A stretch of DNA of 64,000 bases. It comes from Gekko japonicus (lineage: Eukaryota). Shown here piece after piece: positions 50,661-61,897 of the stretch (its first letter is position 1; every line of letters begins with the position of its first letter). The stretch covers positions 1,367,473 to 1,431,472 of the forward strand of contig NW_015167060.1 of the NCBI RefSeq assembly GCF_001447785.1, read 5' to 3'. Both the position numbers and the translations under genes were made by a program. The notes under the pieces are model-generated. The model saw only the letters and a program-made list of their open reading frames with translations, was not told the origin of the DNA and did not search any database.

Positions 50661-51624
50661 TGTAAGTAGAGCCATCTCTCCTCTTATTACGTTGTGTGCA
50701 TAGAATTTTGTATGGTGTCTGGTGCATAATGTGGATTTCTGATACATTCAGCTCTTTTTTAAGAGGTATGTCTAGCCCTCATAGTGGAGAGAATATTTGA
50801 AAATGGGGAGGCAGACATCTTCAGACAAAGACTTTTGTGCCTTCTGATGCACACAGAGGATTCACGTAAGTATATGCTGCCCCGTTATGGGGAGAGCTAT
50901 GCACATGCTCAGGGGAGCATGGCTATGTCTGGATGTTCCAGGGTTCCTTACCCATAACACATTTCTGGATCATAGCATGTGACCCGGGGGGGGGGGAACG
51001 GGACTCCACTGCCCTCTTCCTGACTTCTGCTCTCTGCCTGGTCACCAGTCCCTTCATGTTGGCCCCCACTTTGGTTGCCTACTGCCACTCACCCACCCTT
51101 GCATCTCTCCCTGCGATTGCCCCAGTCTTTGCCAGAAAGCCCTGCAAATGCTCCTACTACTCAAATATTTAGTGAAGAATAAAGTATGACAAATTAGCAA
51201 GTGATGCTAATTAAGGATATTTACATAAATATATTGGTTTGCATAATACGTTTTAAGCCCGGAATGATAGTACTGGGAGAAGCAGGAAATCTGCCCCCCC
51301 CCCGGATCCTGCACACACATGTCCTTCCCTTCCTCATTGATCCACATTAATCTAGAACAGGGTGCACCATAAACGGAGAGGAAGAGACACAAGTACCCTA
51401 AGTTGTCTTGTGCTGAATTGAGAGTCTTCCTGGGCCATGATGACCAGTTTTGCATTTTGGTGGGATGTAAATACTGATCCAGAGCCAGCAGTACACTACC
51501 CCCTTCAAGCATAATGGATTGAGGATGAGACTACCATTCTCTAGGTCAGGGAGGAATGTGCACCAGTGTTTTCTAGGTCAAGGGAAATATGCTCCAGTGT
51601 TTTCTCCAGAGTGGTGGTGGTGGT

Positions 51625-51835
51625 GGAAAATACCATTAAGTTGCAACCAACTTATGGCAACCTTGTACAGTTTTCAAGGCAAGAGACTTCAGAGGTGGTT
51701 TGTTTGCCATTGCCTGTCTCCACATCACAAGCCTTCATTTCCTTGGTGGTCTCAGATCCAAAATACTAACCAGGACCAACCCTCTTTAGCATCTGAGATT
51801 TGATGAGATTGGGCTAGACTGGGCTATCCAGGTGT
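51625..51835 (-). mobile_element. 5S-derived SINE (another partial copy at about 47650-47790)
   Basis: Homologous to 4510-4700. Confidence 0.7.
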
Positions 51836-53460
51836 GGTCTTTTCTTCAGGGGGACAATGCAAAACTAAATGGGAAAGGGTATGAAGGACAAATTGTGTGG
51901 TGTGATAGTGAGGTAGTGGTGCAGAAAGAAAGGGTAACTGGTCCGGTATGTGCCATATCTAAAGGACTACATGACTGCTTCCCACTACAGTGGTGAACAT
52001 TCCTTCTCTAAAGAGTGTGATTACATGTATTTAAAAAAGCCCTCTTGACTTCGGTAGGAACTACTGTAACGAGTAACACACTTTGTCATGAGCACTAGCA
52101 AACAGGTGGCTGTAACATTTGCAGAGTCACCTTCCCCACAGTGCATTCATAATAATACCAGTCTAGGACAGAACACCTGTGAAGTGCAGTCCATGCATCT
52201 ACATGACCATCAATAAGGGAGCTGAAACATATATGCTCAGCAAGTCCTGCTCATTATTGCTAATGACTCTGGAATGCCGCATTGATGGGCATCCAGCTGG
52301 GCAAACACTAAAGGACTGGGATGTGCCAGCTGGAGTTGTCAAGCACCAATTCTACCTGGGCAGAGCTCCAGTGGGTCAGCAGCCAAAGACCAGCCATGGC
52401 TGGCACACTGCGGCCGGTGTCTTGGCCACTGGGAAGTGGGCTGAGCAAAGGCTAGTTGGGCCAGCCAGGTTCTCACAAGGATTAATGTTTCCCATGGCTT
52501 TCAACAAATTAAAACAAGGTACCTCATTGAGTTTGCCTTTGCTGTCTCAGGGAAAAGGAAACTCATAGGCAAAGTGGAGGCCTGCCCTTTCTCAGTGGAG
52601 GCCCAAGTGTTAACTGTGTCTTAGCTGGGTTGGGAAATACCTGGAGTTTTGGGGGGTGGAGNNNNNNNNNNNNNNNNNNNNNNNNNNNNNNNNNNNNNNN
52701 NNNNNNNNNNNNNNNNNNNNNNNNNNNNNNNNNNNNNNNNNNNNNNNNNNNNNNNNNNNNNNNNNNNNNNNNNNNNNNNNNNNNNNNNNNNNNNNNNNNN
52801 NNNNNNNNNNNNNNNNNNNNNNNNNNNNNNNNNNNNNNNNNNNNNNNNNNNNNNNNNNNNNNNNNNNNNNNNNNNNNNNNNNNNNNNNNNNNNNNNNNNN
52901 NNNNNNNNNNNNNNNNNNNNNNNNNNNNNNNNNNNNNNNNNNNNNNNNNNNNNNNNNNNNNNNNNNNNNNNNNNNNNNNNNNNNNNNNNNNNNNNNNNNN
53001 NNNNNNNNNNNNNNNNNNNNNNNNNNNNNNNNNNNNNNNNNNNNNNNNNNNNNNNNNNNNNNNNNNNNNNNNNNNNNNNNNNNNNNNNNNNNNNNNNNNN
53101 NNNNNNNNNNNNNNNNNNNNNNNNNNNNNNNNNNNNNNNNNNNNNNNNNNNNNNNNNNNNNNNNNNNNNNNNNNNNNNNNNNNNNNNNNNNNNNNNNNNN
53201 NNNNNNNNNNNNNNNNNNNNNNNNNNNNNNNNNNNNNNNNNNNNNNNNNNNNNNNNNNNNNNNNNNNNNNNNNNNNNNNNNNNNNNNNNNNNNNNNNNNN
53301 NNNNNNNNNNNNNNNNNNNNNNNNNNNNNNNNNNNNNNNNNNNNNNNNNNNNNNNNNNNNNNNNNNNNNNNNNNNNNNNNNNNNNNNNNNNNNNNNNNNN
53401 NNNNNNNNNNNNNNNNNNNNNNNNNNNNNNNNNNNNNNNNNNNNNNNNNNNNNNNNNNNN

Positions 53461-53589
53461 TCCCTTTGCCCCGCTTCTATTGGTCAATTTCCCACTCTAA
53501 GCCGTGCAGCTTCGAGTGGGAAATTGACCAATAGAAGCGGGGCAAAGGGAGGCGCGACCACGGCGCAGCTCTTGTGTGAAATCAGTCTA
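53461..53589. repeat. Perfect 37-bp-arm inverted repeat, probably the centre and right end of a PIF/Harbinger-like foldback MITE
   Basis: 53461-53497 is the exact reverse complement of 53514-53550; ends GTGTGAAATCAGTCTA; left side lost in the gap. Confidence 0.65.
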
Positions 53590-54679
53590 GGAGAGAGCTC
53601 ACCTGCTTCCATGCTTCTCCATACCACCTCCATCCCTTCTTGCAGAAAGCTAGGGTCATTTCCACAAGGGTTATACACCCTGTTTTGTTGCTGTTGGAAA
53701 ATGTGTTTCCCCCCTGCTTTGCCACAGTATCAGGGTTCATTTGTGTATGTCCCAATGTTTCCTTGGCTTTTCCCTGACCTTTCCCAAACCTGCTTTGCTC
53801 TGAAGTTTTGGGAATAGGGTTCCCATTTACCTGCTTATAGCAGGAGACCTCCAGGCAATTGTGGCCCTTGCCTGCCAAAACTCACCTGGTTGGTGGGTGG
53901 AAACTGAGGTCAAATGGGGGGGGGGCGCAATCGTCCCGGGGATAAAAATTAAAAAGAAAAATAAGGCCTTTCTACTTACAGGAAATTCTGATGATAAGAG
54001 TTTCTGGCAATTCCTAAAGCTACCCTTGTCACTTCTGGGTAGCTCTAGGAATTACCAGGAATTGTATGCTCAGAACGTTCTATGAGGTAGGGTTGCCCGC
54101 TCCGGCTTGGGAGGTTCCTGGAGATTGGGGAAGTGGCACCCGGGAAGGGACCTCAGCAGGGCATGGTGCCCTACGGCCCTCCTTCCAAAGCAGCCATTTC
54201 TGCCAAGAGAGCTGATCTCTGTGGTCTGGAGATCAGATGTGATTCCAGGACACCTCCAGGCCCAACCTGGAGGATGGCAACCCTATGACATGAGGCCTGT
54301 TTTTTGTTTTGTTTTGTTTTTTTTCTTCTGGGATAGTCCCCTCTCACACAAACCTCCCACCAGTTGCCTGGTAGTAACCCTGTTTGGAAATGACCAGGAA
54401 ATGCCTGGATGACTGCCATGTGGGTGGGAAAGTTCAGATTTCCCACCCACATGACAACCATTTTCTCCACAGCAGCAATTTCCTTTCCCCATCACTGGGG
54501 GCTCTTTTGTTTTTAATCAGCAACTGAATATCATTATACCAATATAATGTTACAAACAATAAGTGTAAGAGAGTCCCTAAATTCCCAGCTTTCATTTTTT
54601 TTAAAAAAAAAGTCTGTAGCAGCTTTTGATGCAGAGATATAAGGTGAAAGGCATACCTCCACAATGAAAGGTGCTAGAG

Positions 54680-55281
54680 CAGGGATCTCCAACATGGTGT
54701 CTGTCATGGTGGCTGCTGACACCTTTTTTGGCACCCGCCAAGTATTTTTGGTAGGGTTCCCAGCCTCCAGGTCCCAGTGGGGTTTCCCCTGCTTTTGAGG
54801 GCTTTGGGAGCCCCCACCTCCAAACAGGGATATTGCTGCACAATGTCCCTGACGCGATGATGTTGCCTGAGAGTGACATCATTGTGTCACTGATGTTGGG
54901 GGTGACACTCTAGGGTCTTTTTTGCAAACTCTATGGTTTTGAAGGCAAAAAACCATAGAGGTTTGCCAAAAAACAAGAGCGTCACCCCCTGACGTAGGCG
55001 ACACAATGATGTCACCCTAATTTTTAGGTGGGTTTTTTACCCAGCAAGGCTTCTGATTGGCCAATGGAGATTTGATTGGCTGTGCAGTTTCTTAAAAATG
55101 TTGCTTTGGCGGCAGCTGCCACTGCACCACAAGGATTTTCACTGTGTGACTGAAGGTAAGCTGTGACAGACATTTTGTGGCTGCCTCCACCTCCTGCAGC
55201 AGCTATTTTGTGAATGTGCCCAGCACACTGTGTCAGAATGCCAAATGTACCCAATGGGCTCAGAAAGGTTGGGGACCCCTG
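54680..55281. mobile_element. hAT-Charlie-like MITE with a nested TAGGG element (about 54752-55019)
   Basis: TIR CAGGGATCTCCAAC / GTTGGGGACCCCTG; 8-bp TSD TGCTAGAG. Confidence 0.85.
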
Positions 55282-55320
55282 TGCTAGAGACTTACTTTTT
55301 AAAAAATGAAAACTGGGAAT

Positions 55321-55578
55321 TAGGGGTCCCAAATCCCTCCGGGGGGCGGAATTCCCCCCGGTTTCGAGCCCTGATTCCGGCTCCCGTGGAATCGGGGCCC
55401 GGGGGAAACCCCACCCCCATGCGTGCGTCACCCGGAAGTGACGTCACACGCTGGGGGAGGGGCGACGCCATTTGAGGGGAAAACAAAGAGTTTCCGAGTG
55501 ACGCAAGCAGGGCGCGCGCACGGGCGGACGCCGTCCGGGAGCCCCCCGCTCCCGGACGAATTTCATTTGGCAACCCCA
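55321..55578. mobile_element. Young CpG-rich TAGGG-family hAT MITE
   Basis: TAGGGGTCCCAAAT / ATTTGGCAACCCCA termini; 8-bp TSD CTGGGAAT. Confidence 0.85.
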
Positions 55579-55795
55579 CTGGGAATTCGTAGAACATGCT
55601 ACACATATTGTTATAACATAATGTTGGTATAACAACATTCAATTGCTGATTTACAAAAACACACCTGGAAAAAACCTGTTGGTGATGTGAGAGGGGGATG
55701 AACCCTGCTGACAGATCAGGACAGAGAAACTATGGGGAATCCTGCCATGTGTTGGCAGCTGTAGCAGTGACAAAGAAAATACACATACCTGTCCC

Positions 55796-56109
55796 CAGGA
55801 CTTTTTTTGTAGAAAAAGCCCAGCAGGAACTCATTAGCATATTAGGCCCCACCCCCATGCCTTCCCTTGGCTTGCCCGGGTGCCCCGTGGTAAGCCAGCC
55901 CTTGGACAGGCCGGGAGAGGGATTTAAATGTATCCCTGTTCCTTGCNNNNNNNNNNNNNNNNNNNNNCGGAGTCGCGGGGGGGGGGAGTCACTCTCCAGG
56001 CCTTCCCTCTGTAGCCACGCACACAGAGGTTTTGGCTGTAGTAGGGGTGGCCAACTCTGAAGCCAGTCGGAACTCCGGTCCTGTGCGTTCCTGCCCAAAA
56101 ATAGCCCTG
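55796..56109 (+). mobile_element. CAGGGCT-family hAT MITE
   Basis: 8-bp TSD CCTGTCCC; homologous to 3120-3514. Confidence 0.85.
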
Positions 56110-56559
56110 CCTGTCCCTGTGTGACAAACACAATGCAGTTAAGGGAAAGGGTTCTAAGTTTACAGTTTTCCTGACATAGGATTGCCAGTTTTGGCTTTGG
56201 AAGTTCCTGGGGATTTCTTTGGGAGTGGTTTCTGGGTTGGAGAGGGAGCCCAGTAGGGATATGATCCCATAGAGTCCATCTTCCAAAGCTGCCATTTTCT
56301 CCAGGAAACCGATCTCTGTAGTCTGAAGATGAGTAGCAATTCCAAGAGTATCCTATACCCCATCTGGAGGCTACCAGCCTGACATGCTAGTTTTGTGTGT
56401 TTGTTTTACTAGAGGAACATGCATTCAATCACATGTACCCTGCACTTGCAAAATGAAGAAGTACACTCCAGAAGCAGTCTTACCACCCCTGTCTAGGCCT
56501 AAAATGTCTTACTACATACTGACCCCCACATACACCATAAGGAGGGTACTTTTAAGGAG

Positions 56560-56945
56560 TGTTGGATGTTACAAGTTAAAACACTTCAGTATTTACTGGG
56601 TTAATGATGCTTGTTAAGTCACATGTTTGTTTGTAACCAATCTATTTAGATTATAGGATGCCTGGGAACTTTGGAGCTAGTTTGTTACTCTGATTGGAAA
56701 CGAAGGTGTCAAGTATTAGCATTTTATGGCTTCTCTTCCCTTCTGTGTGTTTCTTTGTTTTGACTAGAGAAGAAGACGCCATTCCGGCTCTTTAGATGTA
56801 AGGATGTAGGCATATAAGCTCTTTGTTGTTTTATATCCTGTGTACCCTTTCCCATGTTAGGTTTATAGTAAACTTTTATATTTTAATACACACCATGGAC
56901 TCAGTCTCTTAATACTCTGCTGAATTTATCAAAATAATTCCAACA
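56560..56945 (+). mobile_element. Solo LTR, diverged family-A relative
   Basis: TGTTGGA...TCCAACA; 5-bp TSD AGGAG; collinear with 18363-18825. Confidence 0.85.
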
Positions 56946-58102
56946 AGGAGCTACCAGAAGGGGCCATGCTCACAGAAGGCTGAAGTACCTTGTCAAATGC
57001 CCTCCTGAAGCTGCTTTGAATCATAGTGGGGTGGAAGAGGAAGCAATAATATCTTGAAACATATCACGTAAGCAAAAAGGGGGAAGATCTGGCATGGCAC
57101 AGTGGATAGAGTGTTGGACTAGGATCTTGAGAGACTCAAGTTTGAATCTCCACTTCTGCCATGGGAGCTCATGGGGCTGGTCACAAACTCTCAGCCTGGC
57201 CTACCTCACAGGGTTGTTGTTGTGAGAAAATGGAAGAGTGGAAAGCAATGTTCCAAGCCTCTTTGAGTCCCAACTGCGGAGAAAAGCAGGATATAAATAA
57301 ATGAACACAAAAATGCAAGATCCTAGGTGTGGAGGAGAAATACAGAGGAGAAATTGAGCAGGTGTCTGTTCCAAACCCCTGTGTGGTAGACCTTCAGGTT
57401 TATCTACAAAGGGAGGGATTTTAAAGCCAAATATGAAGAACAGATGTAGCAGTGTTATGTTTCCCCTACAATGCGGCTGATGGCTCTTTCACATAGTAAG
57501 GAGGGCCATCCCACAACCCCCCCCCCCACCATTGGCAAAGAATGGGCTGATGGAAGAACAAAATCAGAAACAGAACTTCCTCCGCCCAACTCCTCCTTTT
57601 TACATCCGTCCCATGTCTAGAGCAAGAGCCCAGGTGCCATATCTAGCTAATGCATTTTTAATCCTGCCCTGCTGTTAAGGAGCTCCTGACACTCCTTGCT
57701 GTGCTTACCTCTAGAGCTATTTCTCATTTGTACATCAACATGAAAAGGCATTGCATGTGTTTTACAAAACAGATACAAGCCAAGTAACTGAACGTGGCAG
57801 AGCAAACACCCCCAGAACTAAGACAGAACCCAGGAGGAGTCCTGAGTCAGCCTCCAGTGCATTAGGCACCACACCTAGCCAGAGCCAGGGTCCATGAGTC
57901 ACAGTCCTACCATCTCAAGCCCACTCATCTGAGTCCCCTCCCAGAGGGTGCAGATGGCAGCTCTACACTTCTTCGCAAGCATGCTGAGGGGACTATACCA
58001 GATGAGATTATCAGAAAATTAATGAGGGGCAAAGAGACCTAAAGTATGTGCTCTAATAGTGCAATCCTATGCTGAGTTACTCCAGTCTAACTGCATAGAA
58101 AA

Positions 58103-58339
58103 TAGGGTTGCCAGGTTCTCCTGGCCATGGGGTGGGGGTGCCCGCTCTAGGTTGGGAAACTGGTGGAGATTTTGGGGGTGGAGCCTGGAGGGGGGGGACT
58201 GGGAACTCAGTGGGGTACAATGCCATAGAGTCCAGCCTCCAGAGCATCCATTTTCACCAGGGGAACTGATCTGTGCATTCTGGAAATGAGTTGTAATTCT
58301 GGGGGATTCCTGGGCCCCACCTGGAAGCTGGCATCCCTA
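58103..58339. mobile_element. TAGGG-family MITE (others at about 54088-54285, 56177-56380, 58809-59015 and 42870-43040)
   Basis: TAGGGTTGCCA...TGGCATCCCTA termini; shared GGAACTGATCT core. Confidence 0.75.
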
Positions 58340-58449
58340 GACTGACATAATTCTGCCTAGGATTGTTCTGGAAATATGCTAAATTCATTTATCTTGGGTG
58401 TGTGTGGGGGTGAATTTGTCCTGGCAGATAAAAGATGAGCCATTATGGC

Positions 58450-58515
58450 CAATGTTCCCTCTAAGCTGAGTCAGTGTGAGCTAGCTCACACTGACTCAGC
58501 TTAGAGGGAACACTG
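58450..58515. mobile_element. 66-bp palindromic mini-MITE derived from the CAGTGTTCCC family
   Basis: Palindrome with one mismatch; TSD ATTATGGC / ATTGTGGC. Confidence 0.85.
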
Positions 58516-59299
58516 ATTGTGGCACTTGTCTCATTCTGAAATTATCTTGCTAACAGAACAACTGTGCCTCGCAAAAAAAACAAAAAACAGTGAGCATCTT
58601 TTCAGGCTCTCTTTCCTTTAGCACTGGGGGGAAATTGCTGTTTTGATTTTTTAGGGTCCGCCTTTTGACATGGCCTAGTCTGTGATGGTCCACGTGAACC
58701 GCCCTTTGTATGAAAAGGTGAGGACAGGTAGGAATGTCACACTGCCACTTTCTTGGGTGGGAGCTTAGACATAAGGATGGGATTTTGATCTAAGGGGAGG
58801 GGTGATGTTAGGGGTGCCAGCTTCCAGGTGGGACTTGAGGATCCCCCAGAATTACATCTCATCTCCAGACTATAAAGATCAGTTCCCTGGAGAAACTGAT
58901 GCTTTGGGAGTCCCTGTCCTCGCTCTGTCCTCAAATCTCCAGGAGTTTCCCAACCTGGAGCTGGCAACTCTGCCCCCCATCCCCTGCCAGTGGCCAGGGA
59001 GGACCTGGCAATCCTTGAATGTAGGGAGAAAAGTAAAGAGAGTGAGAATTCTGGAAAGGGGCTGGCAAGAAACAGGCTGGAGGAAAGGCTGCAGGTGCTG
59101 CTATTGCTGATGGAGTTTTGGGGCTAAGCACTGCCTGTGTTCTTGGTTGGCTTGCTTCCTGCCTGTTCTACCTGCATGCTAGCAAATAAACAGATCATCA
59201 CAAATCTCCAGCATTCTTTCCTCACAAGAGCACCCAAAGCTTCTTCTGGAACATCCTGCAGTTCACTGAAGAGTGGAGTGTGAAACATTATGCCCACAG

Positions 59300-60120
59300 A
59301 GACGTCTTGAAAAAGATTAGACGTCCCTAAAATATTTTCTTACCATTGCAATGGGTATTCTCCTGCCCACATGGGTTTCCCTCATAATTGTTTCACACCT
59401 TAGACAGGCTTCTGTTACATTATCTGTGCCCTCTTCATGCCATTGATTCTGCATGAACCACCGCTCACATCCGTCACACCTGGGCCAAGATGCTCTGGTG
59501 GAAGGTCTTGGCTGGCAGTGCTGGAATGGTGCCCACCAGCCAGTCTGAAGCCAGGAGCAGCAAAGGGGTGGGGAGGACACATCAACCATGAAGAGGTTTA
59601 CAAAAACTCTGCTCACTCTGTCTTACTTCCTGCTTGGAGCAGTCCTCCGGAACGTCAAGCCAAACAACCTCATGGTTAACTGCTTCTGAATCACCCACTG
59701 AATGTGAATCTGTTTCTCCAAGAAATCCCTCAAGGGCCCAAATTGACACATTTTTCTCTCTGTGGTATGGTTGTCACAACAGATCTGCTTCCTGGAGTCT
59801 TGGACTACGTGGGCAACCAAAGAAAGTGGCACTTTTACATGCCACCAATGCAGAGCGGGAACTAACCACAGGGAAGCAATATTGTAGCAGTATCTGTATA
59901 GCCGAGGTCATGTATAAATTGGGCCAGACATAACACACCTGCCAAATTCAATTCAGAAATTGATAGGGCATGATGTATTGCTTCCGTCCGAACAGCCCCC
60001 AAAGAGCTGCCTGTCAGGGGTAAATGAGGCCCACCCAGAATGGAATTAGACATGACCAGGTGCTTAATTTCCAAAAAGAGAGATGCCAAGGCTGAAGCCT
60101 CCTTGGATGCCATTGCATCC
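59300..60120 (-). pseudogene. Decayed Ulp1/C48 protease plus PHD finger coding remnant, probably from a DNA transposon
   Basis: Frameshifted motifs ILLP..HW/HF..DS, DCSKQ....SRVFVNLFM and FQHC..WPRCDGCERWF(H)..CLRC. Confidence 0.5.
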
Positions 60121-60419
60121 TATGCCTTGGAAGCTCTGCTTTTCCCTCCTTCGTGTCTGGGAACCAACTATAGTTACTTATTGATGAAGGAAAGATGCTC
60201 TGCACATGCTCAGATATGCTTTTCTTCATTGTAACTTCAAAGGACTCCGCTCTGGGGTTGAAAACTGATTTGGAGACTGGCTGAGCCCCGACAGAAATTA
60301 AGCCCTGGTCAGATGTCACGTTTGGCCTTCATGCCCTAAGCTCATTGTTCAGTCCACTTATAGGGACATCAGAGTTACACCCTTCTGTGCCCAATGATTC
60401 CAATGAAAGGGGGTAACTC

Positions 60420-60905
60420 TAATTTGATTTGATTTATTCGATTTATAGCCTGCCCTCCCTATGTCCAGGCTCAGCGTCGGTGACATCATTAATAAAGCAT
60501 ATTAATCTAATACATTAATAATTCTAAATAAAATAAATCCAGTAAATATAATAAAATAAAATACAATCCAACAATACAGTTAAAAGATGGCATAAAATTG
60601 CAGGGGGGGTGATTTATAATCTGTCTGATATGAAGGGGGGGAAAGGGGGAGGGGAGAAGAGCAGGAGGCTAGAGATGGACATCTGTTGCTGCCCTCAACC
60701 ATAAACCCAGCAGAACAACTCTGTTTTGCAGTCCCTCTGGAATTGCATTAAATCCCGCAGGGCCTGGATCTCACCCGGAAGAGTGTTTCACCATGTAGAG
60801 CCAGGGCAAGCCGGACACTCTTTGGGCAGGGATCACCAGCAGATTTTGATCACTTGAGCATAACACTCTTCTGGGGGGGTATACCAGGAGATGTAATCCC
60901 AAAGG
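60420..60905 (-). mobile_element. L2 3' fragment
   Basis: Homologous to 12361-12900 (3' UTR and ORF2 end). Confidence 0.65.
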
Positions 60906-61304
60906 ATGGGACTGTTAATTTCTTATCCACTATCAGAATAAATCTGTCTACTTTCCCTCCATTTCAGGCACAGTGTGTCACGCGGTCTCTTTTGATGTCA
61001 CACTCCTTGCCTGTATGATTTATTTAAAACATGTCTATACCATTTTGGTACATAGGACAGAAATGTAGCATATAAATAATTTAAATAAATAAAATCTTGC
61101 CCAGGTGCCCAACCGGAGCGGCCTTTCTCCCTCTACCCGTTTCCTCACTCCGGCCGCTTGGAGGAGCTGGGGACTCTTTTCACACAGTCAGTGCCGTTCT
61201 CGCATGGCTTATGCAGTACTTCTTGCTGCCAGACGCTGCTAGGCCGAGGGAGCCAAGCTGAGTTCTACTCATGAGGCTGAAGTTGGTTCCCAGCCTCCTG
61301 TTGT

Positions 61305-61450
61305 ACACACAATAAATTGCAGGGCCAAGTACTGATTAAGTCAGTGATTGTTATAAATGAATTTGTCAGTGGCAGTTTTGCATCACAATGGAATTTAGCT
61401 AATTAAGTATTTCAGCTGATAACACTTCTCCCATTACATGCAATTAGCCA
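61305..61450. promoter_or_regulatory. Candidate CNE/enhancer
   Basis: ACAAT (Sox) twice, TGATTAA, CTAATTAA, CAATTAG, TTTTGCAT/ATGCAATT POU-like motifs. Confidence 0.5.
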
Positions 61451-61897
61451 GCACCAGAGGCTGGAAAGATCTATGCGAGGCCCCCCTTCCAACCACAAGT
61501 GAATGGCTGGGTTGGGCTACGAAAGACCACCCGGAAACCCCTAAAATGGAGGTCGTGTTCAGCACTTGCTGGGACTTTTGCCTTAAAATGTTCAGATCCC
61601 ACTGCATGGCACAATGCCAAAGCAAATGTACTTAATGAGAACGAGTATTGTGGGGCATTTATATTTATTCACTTCAGTTATCTCCTGCCTTTTTTCTCAG
61701 TGAGGACCCAAGGCAGCTGACTTCAGGCTTCTCTCCTCCATTTTATCCTCACAACAATCCTATGAGGTAGGTTAGGCTAAGTGTGTGTGACTGACCCAAA
61801 GTCACTCAGCAAGCTTGCATGGCAGAGTGTGGATTTGAACCTGGGTCTCCTAGATCCTAGTATGAGAGTCTAGCCACAACACCTCACATCCCTCCAT

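Noticed and set aside
39772-53817. Long X-containing ORFs
   Set aside because: Artefacts of translating through N gaps.
55380-55520. Host gene promoter (ETS-CRE, YY1, CpG-rich)
   Set aside because: It lies wholly inside a TIR/TSD-bounded MITE; retained only as a portable-promoter hypothesis.
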